Part shown: positions 50,501 through 59,149 of the stretch, one piece after another | Numbering within the stretch: the first letter of the stretch is position 1 | Layout of the letters: each line of letters opens with the position of its first letter | Source: a virus | Taxonomy: Duplodnaviria > Caudoviricetes | Virus record (IMG/VR): IMGVR_UViG_3300013105_000022 | Coordinates: 32,001-96,000 of that record | DNA: 64,000 nt | Reading direction: 5' to 3' (one strand) | Made by a program: the position numbers and the translations under genes | Notes under the pieces: model-generated | Told to the model about the DNA's origin: nothing | What the model saw: the letters and a program-made list of their open reading frames with translations, nothing else | Databases searched by the model: none

Positions 50501-53500
50501 CGCTGACGCCAAGCAGAACTTCTCCGACCTTTCCCCTAAGGCCGCTCTGCTCGCTCAACTGAAGCTGGATGCCAAGGTAGAGAAGCTGGACGAATGGGAG
50601 AAGGAGCTTCTTGCAGAGGGAAGCACTGACAAGATTCAGATCGGCTCTCGTACCCCGAAGACAAACGCTACCGGTGTAACCGGAGGACAGTTCAACAAGG
50701 GCGACGTTCAGAGTGCCATCGACATCCTGGAGAACTACAACGGCAAGCTGTTCAAGAGCGAACTGAACAAGAAGGGCAACCCTCTCGGTAAGCTGTCCCC
50801 GAACGACATCGTAGGCTTCGATAAGGACAAGACCCTTACCAAGCAGAAGTTCATTGATCTTCTGAAGAAGAAGGTTGCTCCGAAGGAAGCTCCTGTAGAA
50901 GAGGCTATGAACAAGCAGTTCGACATCTCTCAGGAGCCTGAAGAGGGTAAGGTTGTCGCCGCTGATCCGGACATGAGCGCTCTCAAGAATGCCCCGGTGG
51001 GTACCATTGTGAGCAGGCCCACTCCTCCTTACATGGGTACGCCTAACGGTCTTCAGAAGTACCAGAAGAACGAGGACGGCACTTGGTCTAACATTGAGGG
51101 AACTACTCCACCAAAGCAGTCTGATAGCGTCTTCTTCTACAACACAGCCATGAGTGGTGGGCTGAAGTGGAGCGCTCCGGATGTTCCAGAGAGGGAAGAC
51201 AACGGCCAGTACGCTGACGGTGACCTGATCCAGTCATTCGAGAACTTCAAGAATCTGCCGGTCGGTTCTGAAGTTAGCTTCCAGTCTAAGTACGGTGGAG
51301 ACCCCTCTACCTATGTAAAGACGCGCCCCGACACCTGGGTAGTATCCGATGACCCAGACCTCAAGCTGAAGGATCAGAACTTCAAGAACTCCGTCGAGGG
51401 TGGATCACTCAGCTACAAGAAGACAGAGCCTACCGCTCCTGATGCCGACGACTCCCTGGATGCTACGCTCGACGCGCACTTCCAGATCATGGCCGAGCTT
51501 GACAAGGCTGTTTCCGTTCTGCCCGCTGAAGAGCGCGGCGAGAACGGTGATGGCTATGTCATCGTGCACACGGAGAAGGGTCCAAAGATCACGTGGGGTA
51601 AGTTCGGTGGTGGAGGTATCGCTACCGTAGCCACGGACGAGAACGGTGTGAAGAAGGTCCTCATCGGTAAGCGTGGAGACCGCGATGAGTGGTACCTGCC
51701 GGGTGGAGCTATCGATGAGAACGAGAGCCACCTTCAGGGTTCGCTCCGTGAGTTCACCGAAGAAGTAGAAGATGGTGACGCCATTCTGGACAGCATCCAG
51801 ATCACGCAGGCGTACCAGGCTGTCATCGGAAAGATCGAAGGAACGGACAAGGACTGGAAGTACGTCACGTCTGTTGCTACACTGCCTTCCATGATCGATG
51901 TCAAAGCACCGGATAGCATCGAGGATTGGGAACTCAAGGAGTACCAGTGGTTTAGTGCTGAAGAGCTTAATGTGCTCGATGCTGAGGGTAAGCTTCACCC
52001 TGCCCTGGGAGGAGGAAACCTTGCCAAGATGGTAGGTTTCTACGACACGGAAGTTGACGACCTCCACGCAGACATCCTCTCCCTCATGAACGAGCCGGAC
52101 AACCTCAACGAGGATCGATACGACATCTCCAACTGGAAGAAGGTCGATGGAGGTCAGGGCGGATCGAACCCTGGCGGCGTGTACGAAGACCCTCTGGGCA
52201 ACAAGTACTACGTCAAGGAGTCCAACGGCGGCGAAGCACCGATGCATAACGAGGTCATCGGTGGCGCACTCTACAAGGCCGCTGGTGTCAACAGCAACGA
52301 AGTCTTCTTCGTTACTAAGGGCGATCAGCGTCTTCTGGCGACCCCGTGGATCGAGAACAACGGGCAGAAGATGCTTGACGTTCTCGACGGCAACGAAAAT
52401 GAGTTCAGGAAGAAGGCCCAGGCTGACTTCGCTATCGATGCCTGGCTGGACAACTACGATGTCGTCGGTATCGGCCCGTGGAACCTTGTGGCTGACGAGA
52501 ACGGTGATCCTCTACGACTTGATCCAGGCGGCTCGATGATGTTCCGTGCTACTGGAGCAGAAAAGTCGTGGTGGAGCGACGAGCCTACCGCTATCGATGA
52601 CATGCGCTTCGGTTCCAGCAACTCCAGTGCCTACACTTACCTCCCGAATGTCTTCGGTGATATGACGGGCGATCAAGTGAAGGAATCTGCGAAGAAGCTC
52701 CTCGCGGTGACCCCCGAGAAGATCAGCACTATCGTCAACTCTTCCGGGCTTGACGAGGATACTAAGGCCAAGCTGTACTCGACTCTGGTGATCCGCCGTG
52801 AGAAGATTCTGGACCGCTTCGGTCTGACTCCTGAGGGAACGACGATTGACGTGCCCGAAGCCGTTTCTGGTACCCCTGCATTCACTAAGGGTACGACAGT
52901 CAAGCTGAAGGGTACCGGTCAGCAGTTCCAGGTTGAGCTTTCTAACAATGAGGCTACAGCCGGTCTCGTAGACGGCAAGTTCCTGGTCTTCCTGAACGAC
53001 GAGCTTACGGGCGATCTGGAAGCTAACTTTAGTGCTCAGCACGCCTTCACATCGAACGGTGAGAACTTCAAGCAGGCTGAGGCCGTTGAGGTCATCGACC
53101 CGAAGAACCCCGGACAGAAGATTCCAGGATTCGTCATGAAGGCCGACTGGTCAAGTGGTCTCGTACAGGTCATGACAGGCGCTGAGGGTGGAGAAACAAC
53201 CAGCATCGAGGTAGACAAGTCTCACATCACGAAGATGCCTCAGCAGGCTCCACAGCGCGTCGAGCTTCCAGAGGGCTACGCTAAGGTACCTGAGGGCCAG
53301 AAGGCATTCGGCAAGTACCCGAACCTGGGTTACTACGTCACCGTGGACGAGAGCGACGAGACTCACGTCTATGGAATCGATGGCAGTTCTTGGGCAGGAG
53401 GACCTAAGGCCGCTTACGAGCAGGCATTCAAGAACCCTGAAAGCTCCTGGGAAGCTTGGAGCGGAGATGGTTCCGCTCCAGAGCCGCAGGCTACCCCAGA

Positions 53501-55376
53501 GGTCGAGACTCCTGCCGATGGCCCGAAGGACAGCGCGGGTCAGGTGGTCGCTATGGGCGACAACGTGACTATCGTCAAGTACAACAAGGGCGGACTCTCC
53601 AACAAGGCCACCATCGTCTCGATCAACTCCGAGAAGGGAACCGCAAAGGTTCGCCGTCTGGATGAGAACGGTGTGCCTATGGTGGGCGAGAACGGCAAGC
53701 CTCTGTACGCTACGATGTCGCTGTCCAGCCTCCGCAAGGACAACCAGACCGTGAACGAGAGTGGTCTGCCTACAGGCATCACCATGTCTGGTGGAGACAA
53801 GAACAGCCCTCTGTATGGACAGCCTGAGCCTGTCGCACCGGCGGCTACTCCACAGACCGAATCTGATGCCCCAATCGTCTCTGACGAGTGGATCAGCAAG
53901 GCCACAGAGGCTTACAAGGCCTACCGCTCCAAGAAGGGCCTCCCTGAGAAGGACCTGAAGCTGTCTACCACGGCTTGGGGTCCTATCGAGAGAGCCATGA
54001 AGGGTGACGAGTCTGCGCTGACCGCTATCAAGACCAAGGGTTACCTGGACGAAGACCCGGCCCTGTATGAAGAAATTCAGCAGGCCATCGACGCACAGAA
54101 GCTCAAGTACGCTGACATCATCGCTCAGCACGAGCAGGCTGTAACCGAATACCAGAAGCAGAAGTCCGAATGGATGACTGCCAATGGTGTTGCCTCCTAC
54201 ACGCCGATCAAGCACGAGCAGACTCTTCAGATGAACGAGAACGAGTCCAAGGACTGGGCACTCAAGAAGTACACCAACATCTTGAGCAAGCTGACCTCGA
54301 AGGCTAAGCAGGGTCTCCAGAGTCAGAAGGTCTCGTCGGACTGGCAGACGGTCATTCGCAAGCTTCCAGCCATCCTGGGTCTTCGTCGTGAGGACGTAGC
54401 TAGCGCGCCTGGAGTGCATGAAGCGAACATGCAGACGTGGGACAACATCAAGGAAGCCACAGACCAAGCAGGGCCTGTAGGAGAGGCCTTCCGCGCCGTA
54501 CGTACCATCTCATTCGACCGACTGGTTGGCCCGGACGGTAACCCTCTGACCTCTGATAGTGACCTGACCAAGATCATCGGTTCCATTCAGAAGGATCACG
54601 GAGCTATGGAGATTGTTCCAGGTTCCGTCGATCACGGTGGTAAGATCGCTGACTTCTACCCTGTCATCATGGACCTCGCGGTTCCTGCCGACGCCAAGGG
54701 AATGTACACGGGCTTCGAAGAGTTCTCTTACAACGAAGAGCACGGAATCATCATGGAGCCTGGACTGGCCATGTACATCTGGGGTGCCGAGCAGAAGAAG
54801 ATTCCTCAGTTGGGTGGACTTACGAAGTGGGTCGTCAAGGCCTCTATCATCCCGCGCGATGTTCTGCCGTACATGAACAACTTCCAGGGTGATCCGATGA
54901 GTCACAACATCCTGATCCCTGGTAAGGACACCACGACCGGTATCACTTCATCTCCGTTCTCGGAAGAGAACTGGGGAAAGAGCACTCTCGCGGAGATTAA
55001 GAAGGCCAAGATCGATGACGCCGTTGTGGACTTCGATGGCAAGCAGTGGAAGAAGATCAACGACATCTCAACGGGAACGAAGATTTGGTGGCAGAACGGT
55101 ACAGGTAAGAAGGCCTCTGACCAGTTCCTCTTCGACAACTTCATGGGCGAGAAGCCCGCTCCGGAAGTCTTCGAGACCGTACAGCCTAAGGGATACAGGT
55201 GGACTGAATCCAAGCTGGACAATCTGAGCATCGGAGATAACGTCGTAGACAGTGACGGAGATATCTGGCAAAAGATTTCTGGCGGTGAATGGAAGCTGAT
55301 CCAGAAGAATGGCCCTAGCAACTACCTCGAAGTGGGCGAAGTTCGCTCCAGCTATGCCGTCGCATCCTACATGTAA
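47508..55376 (+). CDS. giant multi-domain (polyvalent) putative internal virion protein: GNAT-like, L7/L12-like, Nudix, PI-kinase/HipA-like, VIP2-like ART, repeats
   Basis: 2622 aa inside head operon; exact Nudix box GAIDENESHLQGSLREFTEE; YVK..NEV..DAWLDNYD..N..DPG kinase-like motifs; LDAFDTVLPGIY GNAT-like segment. Confidence 0.75.
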   Translation: MSTELELEFIELAVGKGRRVQTAEGARFYGQPIGTLITPDMIKKARSAAKAKGITPPKGGLSPKKAPQVSVGAGKASPAGNFNADPSAGAPVGADTSGKFQVKPSSIKGPQGFKVGATQYSAPSGSKLIRPKNQEEFAYVVTPDGSVHAFTAAGELDVPDYLEPVLTKKFKDLKGDDTLYKVDTFDAPSSLAEQKPGSTLSKNGKPLFKKQANGVWMNEDIGAELTDDDLQRLYDGGSFDLEPANTVEDIDFSKLTTDELQAALEAMPDGKQMKFSKTVVTKKNGKWNSSATGKNTSSEDLAYMSAGTGSITDKLDNPEVAPEPGKADKAAKEKEASDPLRNPENELNETNAQKKKATEAKATGAEILKSEVGAVVYHDVAGALTKQDNSTWENTDGASFAEVNIVDSANMGYISNEPWTPEQKDAKEKFDAENTLTVGGKELSTVGKFGENDRSEAIKADGGSTPNVFELEATPENVKTFRDAMQKSLEGNPYSASVYVYDESDYAGMRLFLSDDGKSGIALHDGDEIVSVFSDPKSKNKKVARHLISVAVENGGKRLDAFDTVLPGIYAKEGFIVKSRLKWDDDFAPENWNKETFKKFNNGEPDVVFMQYEKGMEDLDYEPGSGDYVDDYDKGLASTGGKAQDENDYRPEIGDPDNEENSVETTKSGYVVNDEVKSSLAEGKKINAILNLKNSNKGMSLAEAKKEIDAMVLEGYQPGDTVSGNMLWELPEGAKIKTASGGEFTKNENGNWVTKNGGVFSSSDMYDDGMDAEIVSNPAAKQKKIEAPKVEEPEVDPDEEFHSLLEANEVTVEKLIDLKAGDIISNGEFEFTKDENDKFVNDQFLYEFDADDFSQDIDNGKISIVEQTGSDDEEAVDADTATVDDLKAMKPGDSVNIADFKYVMNDDGKLVSDTSGWLFDPQEFEQDLKTWGSKKSDITPSQTVEKYGENGNEFLPEAQAKQAIESLEAHSGFQIKYGLKSLPEDHPLKNQEYLDGYLADAKQNFSDLSPKAALLAQLKLDAKVEKLDEWEKELLAEGSTDKIQIGSRTPKTNATGVTGGQFNKGDVQSAIDILENYNGKLFKSELNKKGNPLGKLSPNDIVGFDKDKTLTKQKFIDLLKKKVAPKEAPVEEAMNKQFDISQEPEEGKVVAADPDMSALKNAPVGTIVSRPTPPYMGTPNGLQKYQKNEDGTWSNIEGTTPPKQSDSVFFYNTAMSGGLKWSAPDVPEREDNGQYADGDLIQSFENFKNLPVGSEVSFQSKYGGDPSTYVKTRPDTWVVSDDPDLKLKDQNFKNSVEGGSLSYKKTEPTAPDADDSLDATLDAHFQIMAELDKAVSVLPAEERGENGDGYVIVHTEKGPKITWGKFGGGGIATVATDENGVKKVLIGKRGDRDEWYLPGGAIDENESHLQGSLREFTEEVEDGDAILDSIQITQAYQAVIGKIEGTDKDWKYVTSVATLPSMIDVKAPDSIEDWELKEYQWFSAEELNVLDAEGKLHPALGGGNLAKMVGFYDTEVDDLHADILSLMNEPDNLNEDRYDISNWKKVDGGQGGSNPGGVYEDPLGNKYYVKESNGGEAPMHNEVIGGALYKAAGVNSNEVFFVTKGDQRLLATPWIENNGQKMLDVLDGNENEFRKKAQADFAIDAWLDNYDVVGIGPWNLVADENGDPLRLDPGGSMMFRATGAEKSWWSDEPTAIDDMRFGSSNSSAYTYLPNVFGDMTGDQVKESAKKLLAVTPEKISTIVNSSGLDEDTKAKLYSTLVIRREKILDRFGLTPEGTTIDVPEAVSGTPAFTKGTTVKLKGTGQQFQVELSNNEATAGLVDGKFLVFLNDELTGDLEANFSAQHAFTSNGENFKQAEAVEVIDPKNPGQKIPGFVMKADWSSGLVQVMTGAEGGETTSIEVDKSHITKMPQQAPQRVELPEGYAKVPEGQKAFGKYPNLGYYVTVDESDETHVYGIDGSSWAGGPKAAYEQAFKNPESSWEAWSGDGSAPEPQATPEVETPADGPKDSAGQVVAMGDNVTIVKYNKGGLSNKATIVSINSEKGTAKVRRLDENGVPMVGENGKPLYATMSLSSLRKDNQTVNESGLPTGITMSGGDKNSPLYGQPEPVAPAATPQTESDAPIVSDEWISKATEAYKAYRSKKGLPEKDLKLSTTAWGPIERAMKGDESALTAIKTKGYLDEDPALYEEIQQAIDAQKLKYADIIAQHEQAVTEYQKQKSEWMTANGVASYTPIKHEQTLQMNENESKDWALKKYTNILSKLTSKAKQGLQSQKVSSDWQTVIRKLPAILGLRREDVASAPGVHEANMQTWDNIKEATDQAGPVGEAFRAVRTISFDRLVGPDGNPLTSDSDLTKIIGSIQKDHGAMEIVPGSVDHGGKIADFYPVIMDLAVPADAKGMYTGFEEFSYNEEHGIIMEPGLAMYIWGAEQKKIPQLGGLTKWVVKASIIPRDVLPYMNNFQGDPMSHNILIPGKDTTTGITSSPFSEENWGKSTLAEIKKAKIDDAVVDFDGKQWKKINDISTGTKIWWQNGTGKKASDQFLFDNFMGEKPAPEVFETVQPKGYRWTESKLDNLSIGDNVVDSDGDIWQKISGGEWKLIQKNGPSNYLEVGEVRSSYAVASYM

Positions 55377-55387
55377 GGAACTAGAAA

Positions 55388-55816
55388 ATGGCAAATGAAA
55401 TCCTAGTCATCAGCCCTGAACTGAAGAAGCTGATCGATTCTGTTCCTGTAGAACTTCTACGCAGGGGGCCAGAGCGTTACGACTCTCTGCGCCCCTCTGC
55501 GCGAGGCTCCTGGAAGACTGTCCTATACGACGGCCTACCCATCGCTGTGGCGTGGACGGACTGGAAGGAAGGCTTCGGGATTATCAACCTGAAGACCGAA
55601 GAACCCACAGACCGTCTAGAGAATTACGTCATCACAGCTAAAGCGCTTGACATCCCCGCCGGTTGGGCGTATACTTCACTTGAGACAGTTGTATCTAAGT
55701 ACGAGTTTGACCGAGAGGTAACCCTATCCGGTCAGACGGACGGCAAGCTGAGCAAGCTCACACAGGACGAGGAGACAGAAGTCGATACGGAAGAGGATGA
55801 CGATGACACTGAATAA
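55388..55816 (+). CDS. hypothetical protein
   Basis: RBS, follows giant gene. Confidence 0.65.
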   Translation: MANEILVISPELKKLIDSVPVELLRRGPERYDSLRPSARGSWKTVLYDGLPIAVAWTDWKEGFGIINLKTEEPTDRLENYVITAKALDIPAGWAYTSLETVVSKYEFDREVTLSGQTDGKLSKLTQDEETEVDTEEDDDDTE

Positions 55817-56129
55817 GAAGCTTGAGGGCGACATCACACAGGTTGAGGGGTACTACCTCGCCGTAGCTCGTGGTGCCGATTCGGGTGAGTTCATCGGCTT
55901 CTATGGCTTCACTCCTGACGGAACCTACATCCGCAACGCGGGTAACTGGATCACCGCCACAGGCCCTGCCCTGAACAAGCTCAACGGTGCTCAATTGGTC
56001 GAGATGAAGAACACATTCATCCTCCGCTTTGACGCATTGGACAAGAAGGGACTCCTCCCTCCCGGAGATGATGTCCTGGAAGAGAAGAGCACAAAGGGCA
56101 ATCCAGGCTCCTGGGATTCACAGAACTGA
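55797..56129 (+). CDS. hypothetical protein
   Basis: Overlapping coupled ORF. Confidence 0.6.
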   Translation: MTMTLNKKLEGDITQVEGYYLAVARGADSGEFIGFYGFTPDGTYIRNAGNWITATGPALNKLNGAQLVEMKNTFILRFDALDKKGLLPPGDDVLEEKSTKGNPGSWDSQN

Positions 56130-56175
56130 AATAAAGGATCGTCGTTCATACCGACATAGTGCGATAGTACTAGGT

Positions 56176-57288
56176 ATGGACGACGATCTTGTTTATGTAC
56201 CCGACGAAGGCAACTCCTTCGTTGAGCTTTCGCGCACCCCTTCGGGTAAGCTGTACCGCAAGCACATCCTTACCAAGGGTCCTCTTTACTACCCTGGCGT
56301 AAAGGGCGGAAAGATTGACGTAGACGACAAGTTCCTTGATACGGTTGTCAAGAACTTCAACGATCACGTCGTATCTCACGTACAGGCACCGGTGGTCGAT
56401 GGAAACAATTCCCACACCGAAGACCCGTTCCGTAACATTGGTGAAGTTATCAAGGTTGAGCGTGAGGGTGATAAGCTATACTCGTACATTGACGTACGTG
56501 ACGAAAAGGCTGTCCCTCTTGTAGGTAAGACTCTTCTTGGTGCTTCTGCTATGTTCTCCCTCGACTGGAAGAACAACAAGACCAACATGCGTGTTGGACC
56601 GGCCCTGATTCACACGGCCATTACCAACAACGCTCATGTCAACGACCTCGAAGATTTTGAGGAAGTGCGACTCTCCAATGGAGTGAGCGATAGTAATACA
56701 CGACAGAAGGCAGTGGTACTTTCCGCTAGCCCAGACGACAACACTAAGGATGGTTCCGCAATGGACCTAGACGAACTGATTGCAGTCCTTAAGGACGAGC
56801 ACGGTATCGACGTTCCTGAGCTTCAGAAGGCGGCTGGCAAGGCTGACAAGTTCGCCAAGCTTTCTGCTGAGCTTCAGGAGAAGCTTGCTACGGGCGAGGA
56901 TGCAGTCCTCAAGCTGAGCAACACCGATGACGAGGCTTCTGCCGAGGACATCGTTGCCGCAGTTGCTGACCTCGTACAGTCCCGCGTAGAGCTTTCCTCC
57001 AAGGTCGATGGCCTTGTCAAGGATGCCGCTACCGCTAAGGCTGAGGCTCGCATCGAAGAGCTTGTTGCCGGTGGCTTCATCGCCCCTGCCAAGCGCGCCG
57101 AGAACCTGGAGCTTCTGCTCTCCAACGCCGAGCTATTCGAGCGTATGGTTCCTGAGAAGCCGCTCGTCAAGCTCTCTGCTGAGGACGGCCAGGAGCACAA
57201 GGATGACTCGCACGACGAGACTGTCGCAAGTGAGGTCGCCCGTCTTTCCGCCGATGCCAAGGCCAACGGCCTTCTCATCGAGGCCTAA
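56176..57288 (+). CDS. capsid maturation protease / scaffold fusion
   Basis: Leaderless ATG 56176; H, SAMF, GPALIHTAITN (Mu gpI-like); coiled-coil C-half. Confidence 0.8.
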   Translation: MDDDLVYVPDEGNSFVELSRTPSGKLYRKHILTKGPLYYPGVKGGKIDVDDKFLDTVVKNFNDHVVSHVQAPVVDGNNSHTEDPFRNIGEVIKVEREGDKLYSYIDVRDEKAVPLVGKTLLGASAMFSLDWKNNKTNMRVGPALIHTAITNNAHVNDLEDFEEVRLSNGVSDSNTRQKAVVLSASPDDNTKDGSAMDLDELIAVLKDEHGIDVPELQKAAGKADKFAKLSAELQEKLATGEDAVLKLSNTDDEASAEDIVAAVADLVQSRVELSSKVDGLVKDAATAKAEARIEELVAGGFIAPAKRAENLELLLSNAELFERMVPEKPLVKLSAEDGQEHKDDSHDETVASEVARLSADAKANGLLIEA

Positions 57289-57318
57289 GCCCCTACTACC
57301 AGCCCCTAGGAGAACATA

Positions 57319-57729
57319 ATGGTAGAATACGCAGGTAACGCGATTCCAGCCGCTGGCATTACGCGCGGTCAGAACGTACCCGACGACGAGATTCTGTACT
57401 CGACTGTCGGATTCACACAGAAGGGTGTCACTCTAGCCGCTGGCCAGGGTACGCTCCTTGCAGGTACCGCCCTTGCACGTAAGACTTCCACGAAGGAATA
57501 CGTCAAGTTCGCTTCCGGTGGTGGAGATGGTACGGGCACTCCGCTCGGTATCCTCCGCAAGACGGTTGCAACCGGTTCCGACGCAAACGGTCAGAAGTAC
57601 ATGGGTAACATCGTTATCGCTGGTATCCTCAAGCTTCAGAAGGTTTCTTCGGCTAACGGCGGTGTCTCGAACATCACGACTCCTCTTGGAGCAGTCGCTA
57701 ACGACGTACTCCAGACGTTCAAGTTTTAA
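57319..57729 (+). CDS. head decoration protein
   Basis: VTLAAGQGTLLAGTAL...GIL; position before capsid gene. Confidence 0.7.
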   Translation: MVEYAGNAIPAAGITRGQNVPDDEILYSTVGFTQKGVTLAAGQGTLLAGTALARKTSTKEYVKFASGGGDGTGTPLGILRKTVATGSDANGQKYMGNIVIAGILKLQKVSSANGGVSNITTPLGAVANDVLQTFKF

Positions 57730-58005
57730 CCCATCCCTCGCCCCGAGCGGGGGTACTGAAAGCAGATGGTCGGCTATTTGGTCGTCTATCTGGGGGGCTG
57801 AAACATAAAACAGCGGGACGCTGAGGGTGTGACTCAGAATTACATATTCTGAGTCCATCCCTGAGTAGCCCAATGTGCGATAGTATCAATCAGAAGTAAA
57901 AACTCAAACTTAGATCAACCAAGTGACATCTTCGGATGTGGTGCAGATCGGGCCTTCGGGTCGCTGATTCCCTGTAGATAGGCATTTCTACCTTAGGAGA
58001 TTCCA

Positions 58006-59034
58006 GTGCCTGATATTTCACTCTTCCAGCCAACGGTGCTGATGGGTGTCGTTGAGAAGTTCACGGCACCTGAGAATCTTACAATGCTCAACCGCATTGA
58101 CAAGACTCCGCACCCGTTCCCGACTGCACAGTGGGACGTTATCCGTGGTTCGCGCGCTATTGCTCGCCCGAACGTTCCGAACTCTGAAGCCCACATCGTA
58201 CCTCGCCTCGGTCGCGAGCAGATGGCCGCTAGCTTCATCTACCTTCGTGAGAAGAAGGTATTCGAGCCGACGACTCTGTACTGGCTACGTACCCCTGGTG
58301 AAATCGCCAAGGTAAACGCCGAGCGTGCAGTTCTCCGTGAAATCACGGACCTGAACCGTCGTTTCGACAACTTCGCTGAGTACGCCATTTGGCAGATGTT
58401 CACGGGTCAGTTCAACCTTCCCGAGGACGGCGATGCTCCTGCTATCAACGTTGACTACAAGCTCCCAGCTTCGCACAAGGTCAACGCCGGTACTTCTTGG
58501 GCAACCGCTACTCCGAAGCAGATCATCGCTGATGTTCGCGCTTGGAAGCGTCTCGTCAACCGTGACGGTCAGGTAGTTGCTAACGAGGCTTACGCTTCCG
58601 AGAACTCCATCACCGCCATCTTCGACTCCTTCGCTTCGGCTGGTACCACTCCCGCGTACCTCCTGTCCGACCGCATGAAGGACCAGTACTACCGTGAGGG
58701 TCTGCTTCCAGGCTTCCTCGGTATCAACTGGAAGATTCAGGATGCCGTCTTCGACGCCACGGGTGCCTCGTACACCGAGAACCCGACCGATCCTGGTGCA
58801 GAGAAGCCGTTCCTGGCCGACAACCGCATCATCTTCGGTAACTTCACCGAGGGTCGTCCGTTCGAGATGATCGTTGGACCGACCGCTGACCTTGAGGCTC
58901 CTCAGGGCTACACGGGCAAGTTCGCCAAGACCTGGCAGGACAAGGACCCGTCCGGTCGTCAGTACCTCCTAGAGTGGAACTTCCTGCCGGTTCTGAACCG
59001 TCCTGAGCAGTTCGTTTACGCCAACGTCGCGTAA
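58006..59034 (+). CDS. major capsid protein (lambda E-like)
   Basis: AGGAG RBS, strongest codon bias, EYAIWQMFTG, VDY, DPSG...LPV, downstream terminator. Confidence 0.85.
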   Translation: MPDISLFQPTVLMGVVEKFTAPENLTMLNRIDKTPHPFPTAQWDVIRGSRAIARPNVPNSEAHIVPRLGREQMAASFIYLREKKVFEPTTLYWLRTPGEIAKVNAERAVLREITDLNRRFDNFAEYAIWQMFTGQFNLPEDGDAPAINVDYKLPASHKVNAGTSWATATPKQIIADVRAWKRLVNRDGQVVANEAYASENSITAIFDSFASAGTTPAYLLSDRMKDQYYREGLLPGFLGINWKIQDAVFDATGASYTENPTDPGAEKPFLADNRIIFGNFTEGRPFEMIVGPTADLEAPQGYTGKFAKTWQDKDPSGRQYLLEWNFLPVLNRPEQFVYANVA

Positions 59035-59047
59035 GCTCTAACAGGCT

Positions 59048-59074
59048 AGCCCCCATCTTCGGGTGGGGGCTTTT
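59048..59074 (+). terminator. intrinsic terminator after capsid gene
   Basis: AGCCCCCATC-TTCG-GGTGGGGGCT-TTT. Confidence 0.85.
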
Positions 59075-59149
59075 CTGTTCCCTTTTGCGGTAAGATAGAA
59101 GTTCCGAAGCTCCTCTGGAGCGATAGTAGATAGAGACCCAGGAGTCCTA

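Noticed and set aside
49514-54467. Long - strand ORFs within the giant gene
   Set aside because: Antisense shadow frames with no independent signals.
47508-55376. Giant ORF as tape measure or virion RNA polymerase
   Set aside because: Lies in the head operon, is acidic and multi-domain, and lacks tape-measure helical/TM character or recognisable polymerase motifs.
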